The notes beneath the pieces are model-generated. The model was not told the DNA's origin and searched no databases. It saw nothing but the letters and a program-made list of their open reading frames with translations. A stretch of 64,000 nucleotides of DNA from the NCBI GenBank assembly GCA_965204755.1, contig OZ242011.1, forward strand, positions 640,001-704,000. The letters run 5' to 3'. This DNA comes from Candidatus Marinacidobacterium sp. Its GTDB lineage: Bacteria; Acidobacteriota; Vicinamibacteria; Marinacidobacterales; Marinacidobacteraceae. Both the position numbers and the translations under genes were made by a program. Numbering within the stretch: the first letter of the stretch is position 1; the number at the start of each line of letters is the position of its first letter. Shown one piece after another: positions 1-9,233 of this stretch.

Positions 1-2057
1 CATCGCTCTCCGGCCTCCGGCGGCCCGCCGGCCCGGAACGGGCGGCCGGACTCGTAGAGGGCGATCCGGACGGCGATCGCCGAAGCCATCGCGTCCTGCC
101 CGGAATCGATCGCCAGCGCCTCGGCGGTGCGCGCCGCGGTCAGGGCGCCGGCGAAGTCGCCGGCGGCAGCCAGTGCCGCGCCCAGGGTATCCGCCGCCGA
201 AGGGTCGAGATGCCGCGCCAGTTCCGAGGCGCGGCGGGCCAGGAGAACGGCCCGCTCGGGGTCGAGATGCTCCGCGGAAGTCGCAAGCAACCAGGCGGCG
301 CTTTCGAGCGCCGGGCCGTCGTCCGGTTCGGCGGCGAGCGCGGTCTCCAGGTGGAGCAGGGCGAGTCCCGTTTCGCCGCGCCGGGCGAGCAGCAGTCCCA
401 GGTTGCGGTGCGCTTCGGGGGTTTCCGGCGCAACCTCCACCGCGGCGTGGAGGACTTCCTCGGCGTCGGTCGCGTTGTCCGCGGCGAGCAGCATCCGCGC
501 CAGGCCGAGCCGGGGTTCGACCAGGGCCGGGTCGAGTTCGATCGCGCGCCGGTAGTGGCGCTCGGCGGCGATCCGGGCGCCGACGCGTTCCTCGATGAAT
601 CCCAGGTTGTGGTAAGCGGCGGCGTAGCCGTCGTCGAGCCGGACCGCCGTCTCCAGTTGCCGGGCGGCTTCTTCCCAATGCCCCTGCGAGAGGAGCGCGA
701 TACCGAGGTTGGCGTAGGCGCGCGGGTACTCGGGGTCGAGGCGGATGGCTTCGCGGTACCGCGCCTCGGCGGCTTCGAGGTCGCCGGACTCACGCAGGAC
801 GAACCCCAGGTTGTGCTGGAACTCCGCGCTCTCCGGAACGATCGCGGCGAGGTTCTCGTACCGCGCGCGCATCGGCTCGGCGGCGGCGCGGCTCTCCAGG
901 GCGAACAGAACGGCCAGCGGCGCGAAGAACAGCACTGCCCAGCGAACGGCGTGCGCCGTCAGCAGTCCGCCCGGCGCCGGGACGACCGGCGCGGGCGCCT
1001 CGCCGGGAGGACGGCGAATCCCCAGGGCGCGTCCGGTCTCCGGTTCCCGGATCTTCCAGATGAACCCGTCGAAATAGAAGTGCAGCATGGTCGAGGCGGC
1101 GACCAGCGAGAGCACCAGCCGCTGCGCCGACTCGGAAATGCCCGCTTCGGGAAGGAACCGGAAGAGCCCGTACCCGAGCACCAGGCCGACATAGACGAAG
1201 ATCATGGCGCGGCCGCCGCCGAACAGGACCCGCGTGAACGCGCCGGCGTCCGGCGCGGCGGCGCGGCGGCGGTTGAAGGCCCACACGATGGACAGGTACT
1301 GCACATCGTGGAACACCTCGAAGAGCGCCACGCCGAGGACCGCGTAGGGCACTTGGACCGAACACCACCACCAGAAGCCGAAGGAGAGGAAGGCGGCCAG
1401 CAGTTTCACCGGGTGGGGCCCGCTCCCGGCCGCGAGCCCCCGGAGCGAGCGGTAGAGGAACGCGGCGGTGAGGGCGTAGAGGGCGAAGTCCCAGGCGGTC
1501 CGGAAACCGAAGAACCACGCCGGGTCGAGCAGCGGGGCGCCGAGCGCGTACCAGAGTTCCAGCAACTCGCCGAGCCGCCCCGGGGAATGGAGGACGCCGA
1601 ACCCGAACCAGCCGAGACACATCAGCAGGTCCATCCGGGCGGCGAGCCGGCTGCGGTCGCCGGCGCGGGCGTCGTAGATGCGGAGGAACCCGTACACCTG
1701 GAGGGCGCCGTGCCAGATGCCCCAGACGAGCACCACCAGCGAAACGCCGTTCAGGCCGCCCAGGCCGAAACCGAGCGCCGCGGCGAGGAAGACCGCCGGG
1801 CCGAACAGGAACCGCGAGCGGTATCTGCGGAAGAGCGCGCGGTCGCCGTAAGCGCGCAACATCCCCGGGAGGTGGTGGCCGAGCGCGCCGAACCCGGCCA
1901 CCAGCAGACCGACGGCGTACGCGGTTTCCCTGCCGGAGGCGAGGAGGCCCGCCGGCAGGATGAGCACCGGCGTCGCGACGAGCAGGAGCAGGTCGGCCGC
2001 CGGGCCGAAGATCCAGACCCGGGACCGCGCCGGCGCGGCGGAATCGGCGGTCGTCAC
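1..2057 (-). CDS. Multi-pass membrane protein with His motifs fused to C-terminal TPR repeats (stop codon falls at the window edge)
   Basis: Open frame from GTG 2057 (alternative GTG 2078) to the edge, so it is missing from the ORF track. Manual translation gives many TM helices with GHHLPG, WHGALQ, FHDVQY and HFYFDGFIWK, then TPR units (AYANLGIAL, AYHNLGFI, AHRNLGLLL). Confidence 0.8.
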   Translation of the reverse strand, partial: MTTADSAAPARSRVWIFGPAADLLLLVATPVLILPAGLLASGRETAYAVGLLVAGFGALGHHLPGMLRAYGDRALFRRYRSRFLFGPAVFLAAALGFGLGGLNGVSLVVLVWGIWHGALQVYGFLRIYDARAGDRSRLAARMDLLMCLGWFGFGVLHSPGRLGELLELWYALGAPLLDPAWFFGFRTAWDFALYALTAAFLYRSLRGLAAGSGPHPVKLLAAFLSFGFWWWCSVQVPYAVLGVALFEVFHDVQYLSIVWAFNRRRAAAPDAGAFTRVLFGGGRAMIFVYVGLVLGYGLFRFLPEAGISESAQRLVLSLVAASTMLHFYFDGFIWKIREPETGRALGIRRPPGEAPAPVVPAPGGLLTAHAVRWAVLFFAPLAVLFALESRAAAEPMRARYENLAAIVPESAEFQHNLGFVLRESGDLEAAEARYREAIRLDPEYPRAYANLGIALLSQGHWEEAARQLETAVRLDDGYAAAYHNLGFIEERVGARIAAERHYRRAIELDPALVEPRLGLARMLLAADNATDAEEVLHAAVEVAPETPEAHRNLGLLLARRGETGLALLHLETALAAEPDDGPALESAAWLLATSAEHLDPERAVLLARRASELARHLDPSAADTLGAALAAAGDFAGALTAARTAEALAIDSGQDAMASAIAVRIALYESGRPFRAGGPPEAGER

Positions 2058-2342
2058 GCCGGTCTTCGAAGGGGACACGGAAGTTGCCGCGAATCTACCG
2101 TGAACCGGGGTGGGAGCGTTTGCGGGACCACCGCCCGGCCTCTTCGGCCGGGGGGTGACGGCGCGCCGCCGTCGCCGCCGGAACGGGAATCCTTCCCGGA
2201 GGCCTCGGAGGGGCGCGACGCTCGGCGAATCGGCGCGAACGCGGGCGGGAGCCGCGCTCCCCGCGCCGTCAGCCGCCGGACCGCCCGGTCTCGCCGGTCT
2301 CGCGCGCGGGGGCGCCCGGTTCCGGCGCTCCCGCGGTCGGGC

Positions 2343-2636
2343 TCAGGGCCAGCGGCCCCGCTTGGAGCGCTTGACGATCCGGCCCGCGCTGTTCATGACG
2401 CCGACGGTCTTCCCCTGCGTGACCTCCTTCGCGGCGTCGAGGTCGCGCTCGTTGGTCATCGCGATGTACACCGGCCCGCGATACCCGCGCAGCCGGAGGC
2501 ACGCCGTGTCGAGCGTGCGGCCCGACTCCACATTGATGGTGATCTTCTCGTTCTGGATGTCCGGGCCGTGTCCCCGGTTGTAGGTGGTTCCGTGCTTCTC
2601 GGCGAGCGCGCGAGCGACAGCGACTTTGCTGGCCAT
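2343..2636 (-). CDS. Small basic hypothetical protein, possible minimal PD-(D/E)xK-like fold
   Basis: 97-aa ORF with normal amino-acid composition, unlike the shadow ORFs; motif GPDIQ...ITINVES. Confidence 0.7.
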   Translation of the reverse strand: MASKVAVARALAEKHGTTYNRGHGPDIQNEKITINVESGRTLDTACLRLRGYRGPVYIAMTNERDLDAAKEVTQGKTVGVMNSAGRIVKRSKRGRWP

Positions 2637-2742
2637 GTTTCGTTCCGAAGGTGCCCCGCGAGGGGGAAAGGGCGGTTCCCGACGCGGGAGCGCGCGGGAA
2701 ACGCGGTTTGTTGCGAGAGTGGTAACACGGTATCACACTTCG

Positions 2743-2899
2743 GACCCGTGACGGCTCCCGGCGCGCCCGCCGCGCCGGCCTCCGGCCGGCGGAGCGAATC
2801 GATGCGCGATTCCGCCCGCCGTCTATCGCGGGGAGGGGGGCGCCCCGTTCCCGGTCGGCGCCTCGCGCCGACGAGCGCGTCCCGGACTCACACGGGCTG
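2743..2899. repeat. Degenerate copy of the palindromic MITE-like element
   Basis: Shares gaatcg.tgcgcgattcc.cccgcc.tctatcgcggggaggggg, ccggtcggcgc.tcgcgccgacg and a cacgggc end with 27192-27412. Confidence 0.7.
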
Positions 2900-4183
2900 C
2901 CGATCCGCGCCGGCCGGCCCCGCGATTCCTCCGTCCAGCAGTCGGAGCGCCGAAAGGAGCAGGGCGTTCGCTCCGGCGACCACGCTCGCGTCGTCCGTGA
3001 ACTCGTAGGGGGAATGGCTGATTCCCTTCACGGAAGGAGTGAAGATCATTCCCGCCGGACAGATGCGGGACATCATCTGCGCGTCGTGCCCGGCGCCGGA
3101 GGGAAGCCGGCGGCAGGACTTTCCCAGCGCGGCGGCGGCGTCCTCGACCAGCGACACGATCCGTTCGTCGAACGCCGCCGGCCCGAAGCGGGCGAGTTCA
3201 CGGCGCTCGAACTCGACCCGCTCGCGCTCCGCCGCGGTTTCGAGCGCCGAGAAGAACTCGCGTTCCGCCCGCTCGAGACGGTCCGGGGACGGGTTTCGCA
3301 GATCCACCGTGAACACCGCTTCGCCCGGGACGACATTCGTGAGTCCGGGTCGGAACGACGCGCGACCTACCGTCGCCACCTGGCCGGGGATTTCCCCGGT
3401 CAGCCGGCGCGCGGCGAGGACCGCCTCCGCCGCGACGACGCCGGAGTCCCGGCGAAACGGCATCGGCGTGGTTCCGGCGTGGTTCGAGGCGCCTCGAATC
3501 GTGATCTCCTCCCAGAGGATTCCCTGGACTCCGGTCACCGCGCCGAGTTCGATTCCCTCCGCCTCGAGGATCGGCCCCTGCTCGATGTGGAGTTCGAGAT
3601 ACGCCGCCGGCGCCGGCCCCGGCAGGGGCGCCTCGCCGCGGTACCCGATGGCGGCGAGTTCCTCCCCGAGAACGAACTCCTCCCCGTCGTCCGCCCGGCG
3701 GCGGAGCGAGCAGGCGTCTTCGACGGACAACCCGCCGGCATAGACCAGACTGCCCATCATGTCCGGGTGGTAGCGCGAGCCCTCCTCGTTCGAGAAGAAA
3801 CCGATCTCCAGCGGGCGCTTCGTACGCGCGCCGGCGTCGTCCAGCGTCCGGACGACTTCGAGGGCGGCGAGCACCCCCAGGTTCCCGTCGTACCGGCCGC
3901 CGTTCCCGACGGTGTCTATGTGCGAGCCGAGCAGGATCGGGTCGAGCCCGGGCGACTCCCCCGGACGGCGGCCGATCACATTCCCGATCCCGTCCACCCG
4001 GATCTCCAGTCCGGCCTCTTCCATCCACGACCGGACCAGGTCGCGCCCGCGCCCGTCCTCCGGGGAGAACGCCAGCCGCTCCGCTCCGCCCTGCTCGGTC
4101 TTCCCGACCTCCGCGAGCGCGGCGAGGGAAGCGAGCAGCCGCTCCCCCCGGACGCGGAGACCGGGATCGGGCCCGGCGTTCAT
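2888..4183 (-). CDS. Zn-dependent M20 amidohydrolase (N-carbamoyl-L-amino acid / allantoate amidohydrolase family)
   Basis: Motifs GSHIDT, GRYDGNLGV, NEEGSR, ELHIEQGP, NHAGTTPM, SGAGHDA, GISHSP. Confidence 0.92.
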   Translation of the reverse strand: MNAGPDPGLRVRGERLLASLAALAEVGKTEQGGAERLAFSPEDGRGRDLVRSWMEEAGLEIRVDGIGNVIGRRPGESPGLDPILLGSHIDTVGNGGRYDGNLGVLAALEVVRTLDDAGARTKRPLEIGFFSNEEGSRYHPDMMGSLVYAGGLSVEDACSLRRRADDGEEFVLGEELAAIGYRGEAPLPGPAPAAYLELHIEQGPILEAEGIELGAVTGVQGILWEEITIRGASNHAGTTPMPFRRDSGVVAAEAVLAARRLTGEIPGQVATVGRASFRPGLTNVVPGEAVFTVDLRNPSPDRLERAEREFFSALETAAERERVEFERRELARFGPAAFDERIVSLVEDAAAALGKSCRRLPSGAGHDAQMMSRICPAGMIFTPSVKGISHSPYEFTDDASVVAGANALLLSALRLLDGGIAGPAGADRQPV

Positions 4184-4202
4184 CGGCCCGCCCGAAACCG
4201 CC

Positions 4203-7200
4203 CTACTCGGAGGCGACTCCGGCGGAGGCGAGGCGGGCGAGCACTTCGTCCAACTGCGCGCGCAGTTCCGCGTAACGCTCGCGGGAGTCGGCGCCCGGCG
4301 GCTGGTCGGCGGTGTCGAGGTTGCCGTAGAGGTACCGGAGTTGGTCGATGAGCATCGGCTGCGAGTAGCGCACCGGCCGGGTCACCAGTTCCTCGTGGAC
4401 CGCCTGCAGTTCCGCGGAGTCGGCGTCTTCCATCGCGGCCTCGAGCCGCGCCGCGGCGCGGTTCGCTTCGCCGAGCGCCTCCCGGGCGGCGAGCGCCAGG
4501 GCGACCTGCTCGCGGACATCCTCCGCGGTCACCCAACCCTCCTTCTCCACGCGCGGGTCCATCACCAGCCGGAAGTCGCGCGAAGCGGAGAAGCCGCCGG
4601 CGGTCAGGGTCGCGGTGTACCGCCCCGGAGCGGCGAGCGGGCCGCGGCCGCCGACATTCCCGTCGCCGTCCGTCGGCCCGTCGTACCGCATGTCCCAGGT
4701 GAGGCGATGCACGCCGGCGGACACCGGAACGGTCGGCGAGCCGCGCCGCGTCATACCCGGCGAGCGCATCCCCTGCGTCCGCTCGGCGCTCGCCCCGTCG
4801 CCGCCGCTCTCGAACCGCCGCACGAACTCGCCGTCCGCGTCGCGGATCTCGATCGTCGCCGCCGAGACCGCCTCCGGCAGGCGGTAAGTGATGCGAGGAC
4901 CCGGAGTCGGATACACCGGGTCGGCCGGCGCGCCGGCCGCGAACGGGCGTCCGGCGAAACGGAACCGGACTTCGTCGCGCGGAGTGAACAGGTACGGGCC
5001 GTCACCGGAAGCGGCGTCCCGGAGCGGCGTCACATCGTCGAGAATCCAGAAGCCCCGCCCCATGGTCGAGAGCGCCAGGTCCCCGTTCACCACCTTGATG
5101 TCCGTGATCGGGGTGACCGGCAGGTTCTGCTGGAAGGAAGTCCAGGTCGCGCCGTCGTCGAAGGAGACGAACATCCCCCACTCCGTACCGAGGTAGAGGA
5201 GCCCCTTCCGGACCGGGTCTTCGCGCACCACGCGCACCGGGTGGTCGTTCGGCACGCCGTTCGCTCCGTCGGTGAGGCGCGTCCAGGTATCGCCGTAGTC
5301 CGCGGTGCGGTAGGCGTGCGGCGTGAAGTCGCCGAGTTGGTACCGGAGGACGGCGGCGTACGCTGTCGCCGGGTCGTGCGGGGAAACCTCGATGTTCTGC
5401 ACCCGGCCGTAGGGCCCGAGCGCCGGGGGCGTGACTTCCCGCCAGGTCTTGCCGCCGTCCCGGGTCACATGGATCGGGCCGTCGTTCGCGCCCGCCCAGA
5501 TCACGCCCTCTTCGTGCGGCGACTCCTGGACATCGTAGAGGACGGCGAAGTGTTCTTCGCCGGTGACATCGAGCGTGATCGGATCGCCGGAGACGACCTG
5601 GGTCTCCGGGGTGAACGCCGTGAGGTCGGGCGAGATCGTGCGCCAGGTGCGGCCGCCGTCTTCGGTGACATGCACATGCTGCGAGGCGTGGTATACGCGG
5701 TTGGGGCTGTGCGGGGACACATGGATCGGCACGGTCCGCTGGAACCGGTACCGGAGGTCCTTCGGGTTATGCCCGTAGATGTTCCAAAAGCCCACATAGT
5801 ATTGCTCTTCCTGTCCGGTGCGGGCGTTGAAGAGGCCGAACCTCCCCTTGCAGTTCGCATACACCAGGTCGGGATCGCCCGGTTTCGGCACGACCGGCCC
5901 GGTTTCGCAGCCGCCGATCGCTTCCCAGTGCGCGGTATGGCCTCCGGGGCGGAAGTGCGGCGGGTAGGAAGGCACCGAAATCGTCGAGTTGTCCTGCTGT
6001 CCGGCGTAGAGGCGGTACGGGAAGGCGTCGCTCACATCCACCTGGTACAACTCGGCGGTGGGCTGGTTCTCCTGGGTGGACCAGGTCTCGCCGCCGTCGA
6101 GGGTCACATTCGCGCCGCCGTCGTTCGCCTGGACCTGGATGTCCGGATGGTCAGGGTTGATCCAGAGGTCGTGGTTGTCGCCGTGCGGGGTGAACTTCCG
6201 CTCCCAGGTGACGCCGCCGTCGCTGGACTTGAAGTACCCCTCGGCCATACCCCAGAGCGTGTCCGCGTCGGTCGGATGCGCGTGCAGGTTCGTGTAGTAG
6301 AAGGGCCGGTTGCGGATCGGCTGGAAGTCGCTCACCTGCCGCCAGGCATCGCCCCGGTCGTCGGAGCGGTACACGCCGCCCTCCTCGCCGGGGGCTTCGA
6401 TGAGGACATAGACCCGGTCGGGGTCGGCGTCCGAAACGGCGAGGTCGGACTTGCCGCGCAGCCCGCCGGGAAGCCCGTTCTCCAGCCGCTGCCAGGTATC
6501 GCCGCCGTCGGTGGAGCGGACGACGCCGCCCTCCGTCCCGCCGGAGCGGATCGTCCACGGCTTGCGCTCCGCTTCCCACATCGAGCCGTAGATCGTGTCC
6601 GGATCCCCGGGGCGGAATTCCAGGTCGGTGGCGCCGGTGCGCTCCGAGAGGTGGAAGACCAGGTCCCAGGATGCGCCGCCGTCCGTCGTCCGGTAGATGC
6701 CGCGTTCCGGGTTCGGGGCGAAGGGGTTGCCGATCGCCGCCACGAAGGCGCGGTCCGGATCCTCCGGATGGATGAGCACCGCGCCGGTGTTGCCGGTGTT
6801 CTCGAGGCCGATGCTCCGCCAAGTCTTCCCGGCGTCGTCCGAACGGTAGGCGCCCTTGCCGATGATCACATTGCTGCGCAGGCCGTCCGAACCGGTGGTC
6901 ACATAGACGATGTCCGGGTCGCTCTCGGCGACGGCGACGGCGCCGATGGAGGGGCTCGCGAAGTAGCCGTCGGAGATCGGATGCCAGTTGTGGCCGTAGT
7001 CGGTGGTCTTCCAGACGCCGCCGCCGGTGGCGCCCATGTAGAAAACGCCCGGTTGGGAGCGGTGGCCGGCGACCGCGGTGACGCGCCCCCCGCGCGAAGG
7101 CCCCACCGGGCGGTACTGCATCGCTTCGAGCAGGTCGGCGTCCGGTTGAGCCGCCAGCGGCGCCGCGGCGAGCGCGAGCGCCGGCAGCAGGAGGCCGGCC

Positions 7201-7277
7201 GGGTTCGGCCGGCGGATCGTCGCGAAGAGTGGCGTGGACCGGGGCGTGGACAGCGGCGTGGACAGGGGCCGGGGCAT
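4203..7277 (-). CDS. Secreted VPS10/BNR (Asp-box) repeat beta-propeller glycosyl-hydrolase-like protein
   Basis: Signal peptide, then YRPVGPSRGGRV and many S/TxDGGxTW Asp boxes; likely start ATG 7277. Confidence 0.88.
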   Translation of the reverse strand: MPRPLSTPLSTPRSTPLFATIRRPNPAGLLLPALALAAAPLAAQPDADLLEAMQYRPVGPSRGGRVTAVAGHRSQPGVFYMGATGGGVWKTTDYGHNWHPISDGYFASPSIGAVAVAESDPDIVYVTTGSDGLRSNVIIGKGAYRSDDAGKTWRSIGLENTGNTGAVLIHPEDPDRAFVAAIGNPFAPNPERGIYRTTDGGASWDLVFHLSERTGATDLEFRPGDPDTIYGSMWEAERKPWTIRSGGTEGGVVRSTDGGDTWQRLENGLPGGLRGKSDLAVSDADPDRVYVLIEAPGEEGGVYRSDDRGDAWRQVSDFQPIRNRPFYYTNLHAHPTDADTLWGMAEGYFKSSDGGVTWERKFTPHGDNHDLWINPDHPDIQVQANDGGANVTLDGGETWSTQENQPTAELYQVDVSDAFPYRLYAGQQDNSTISVPSYPPHFRPGGHTAHWEAIGGCETGPVVPKPGDPDLVYANCKGRFGLFNARTGQEEQYYVGFWNIYGHNPKDLRYRFQRTVPIHVSPHSPNRVYHASQHVHVTEDGGRTWRTISPDLTAFTPETQVVSGDPITLDVTGEEHFAVLYDVQESPHEEGVIWAGANDGPIHVTRDGGKTWREVTPPALGPYGRVQNIEVSPHDPATAYAAVLRYQLGDFTPHAYRTADYGDTWTRLTDGANGVPNDHPVRVVREDPVRKGLLYLGTEWGMFVSFDDGATWTSFQQNLPVTPITDIKVVNGDLALSTMGRGFWILDDVTPLRDAASGDGPYLFTPRDEVRFRFAGRPFAAGAPADPVYPTPGPRITYRLPEAVSAATIEIRDADGEFVRRFESGGDGASAERTQGMRSPGMTRRGSPTVPVSAGVHRLTWDMRYDGPTDGDGNVGGRGPLAAPGRYTATLTAGGFSASRDFRLVMDPRVEKEGWVTAEDVREQVALALAAREALGEANRAAARLEAAMEDADSAELQAVHEELVTRPVRYSQPMLIDQLRYLYGNLDTADQPPGADSRERYAELRAQLDEVLARLASAGVASE

Positions 7278-7386
7278 GGTTCGTCTCCGTTTCGCAGATA
7301 CGGCAGCACGCCGCCGGCGCTCCGAAGACGGCCGGCGGCGGCCCGCCCGCGAGGCGCGGGCGAACCGGCGAGTGTACCGGGAGGAC

Positions 7387-8073
7387 TCAGCGGCGCCGGC
7401 GCGCCGGGGATACCCCGGCCGGGCGGGAGACGCCGGCGCCGCGCGCGCGGGTTCGCTTCCCGGAGGCGGAGGGCCGGGCGCCGGCCGGACGCGGACGCCC
7501 GCGTCCGGAGGCCGACTTCGGCGGCGGCGCCCAGCGACCTGTCCCCGCGGCGGTGACCGACGGAACCGGCAGGAAACGAGGCCGGCGCGGCCCGGCGCCG
7601 GGCGCGGCCGGCCGGGCGAGCGCGCCGGGCCCGACTCGCGGCGGCGTCCGCTCCCGGGCCGGTCTCGCGGACTCCCGGCCCCGGCGGCCGGAGAGTCTTC
7701 GCGTTCCCGCAACCGGCCGGACGGCCGCCGAAACGGGCCGGGCGTCGGGCGCCGCCGCGCCCTCGAGCCAGAGCCAGTCGGAAGCGGCCAGCCCGGGAAG
7801 GATCGGCGCGAAACCGGGCGCAATACCGGGCCCGGCGCGGAACCGCGCCGTTCCCCGGGCGAATCCTTCGAGGAGGTCGCCGCCGCGCCGATCCCACCCG
7901 GTCAGGAAGTCGAGGTGGTCTTCGTCGAGATCGGAGATCGTGAACTCGAGCACCCGTCGCTCCGGCGGTTGGAGCCCCGCCCCGCCGACCGCGGACGAAG
8001 CGGCGAACGCGAAGAACCCGGCGAAGAGGCCGAGCGCCGGGAAGCGGCGGCGGCGGAAGGACGGCGCGGCCAT
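7387..8073 (-). CDS. Hypothetical protein (possible signal peptide, low-complexity C-terminus)
   Basis: The N-terminal half has a hydrophobic signal-like segment and protein-like composition; the C-terminal half is Arg/Pro/Gly-rich and doubtful. Confidence 0.35.
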   Translation of the reverse strand: MAAPSFRRRRFPALGLFAGFFAFAASSAVGGAGLQPPERRVLEFTISDLDEDHLDFLTGWDRRGGDLLEGFARGTARFRAGPGIAPGFAPILPGLAASDWLWLEGAAAPDARPVSAAVRPVAGTRRLSGRRGRESARPARERTPPRVGPGALARPAAPGAGPRRPRFLPVPSVTAAGTGRWAPPPKSASGRGRPRPAGARPSASGKRTRARGAGVSRPAGVSPARRRR

Positions 8074-8174
8074 CGAGACCGAAATGCAAGCAGAAAACAG
8101 GCCGCCGCCGGCGCCCGTTACGCTTTTCGCCGCCGCCCGCCGGCGGCGCGTTCCCCCTCCGAAAGGTCCTCGCC

Positions 8175-9200
8175 ATGCTCCCACCCCCCAGCGGCCCGAT
8201 GGCCCGACTCCTTCGTCCGGCGCTGCCGGCGGCCGCCGCGGCGCTCCTGTTCGCGCCGGGCGCCGCTCTCTCCCAAACCGGCGGCGAACGCCTCCTCGAA
8301 GAGGAATGGGCGCGCATCGAGCCGCTCTCGGGCGGGAGGCTGGGACTCGCCGCGGTCCACCTGGAGACCGGCCGCGCGGCCTACCTCCACGCCGACGAAC
8401 CCTTCCCGATGGCGAGCACCTACAAGGTGCCGATCGCGGTGGAACTGCTGCGGCGGGTGGACGAGGGGGAGATCTCGCTCGCCGACCTGGTCCCGATCGA
8501 CCCGGCCGACCTCTCGCCGGGCAGCGGGATGATCAGCCGTCTGCTCGACGACCCGGGCGTCTCGCTCTCCCTCCACAACCTGCTCGAACTCATGCTGCTC
8601 ATCAGCGACAACTCGGCCACCGACCTCTGCCTCACCGCGGCGGGAGGCGGGCAGCGGGTCAACGCCCGGATGCGGGAACTCGGCGTGGAAGGGATCTCGG
8701 TGGACCGCTCGACCGCCGACCTGATCACGAACTATGTCGGCGCCGACCTCCCGCCGCGCGAGGAGCGGACGCGCGCCACCTACACCGAGGAATACGAACG
8801 GGTCGCGGAAGAAGACCGGCAGCGCGCCCGGGACCGCTTCGAGGCCGACCCCCGGGACACCGCCACGCCGCGCGGAATGGCGGACCTCCTGACCAAGATC
8901 TGGAACGGCGAAGGGCTGTCGGAGTCCAGCCGCGACCTGCTGGTGGACATCATGGAGCGCTGCGAGACCGGCGCGGGACGGCTCAAGGGCCGGCTTCCCG
9001 AAGGGACGGTGGTCGCGCACAAGACCGGCACCATCGGGCGGACGACGAACGATGCGGGCGTCATCACGCTTCCGGGGGACGCCGGCCGGGTGGTGATGGT
9101 CGCGTTCGTCAAGGAGTCGGATCTCCCGATCCCGGATCGCGAGCGGGCCATCGCCGACGCCGCCCGCGCCGCCTACGACTACTTCCAGTTCGTCCGTTAG
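8175..9200 (+). CDS. Class A serine beta-lactamase-like protein (atypical omega loop)
   Basis: FPMASTYK (SxxK), SDN, HKTG, DPRDTATP; signal peptide (start may be ATG 8199). Confidence 0.88.
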   Translation: MLPPPSGPMARLLRPALPAAAAALLFAPGAALSQTGGERLLEEEWARIEPLSGGRLGLAAVHLETGRAAYLHADEPFPMASTYKVPIAVELLRRVDEGEISLADLVPIDPADLSPGSGMISRLLDDPGVSLSLHNLLELMLLISDNSATDLCLTAAGGGQRVNARMRELGVEGISVDRSTADLITNYVGADLPPREERTRATYTEEYERVAEEDRQRARDRFEADPRDTATPRGMADLLTKIWNGEGLSESSRDLLVDIMERCETGAGRLKGRLPEGTVVAHKTGTIGRTTNDAGVITLPGDAGRVVMVAFVKESDLPIPDRERAIADAARAAYDYFQFVR

Positions 9201-9233
9201 GGCCGCGTTCCCGGCCGGACGACCGGGCGCGGG

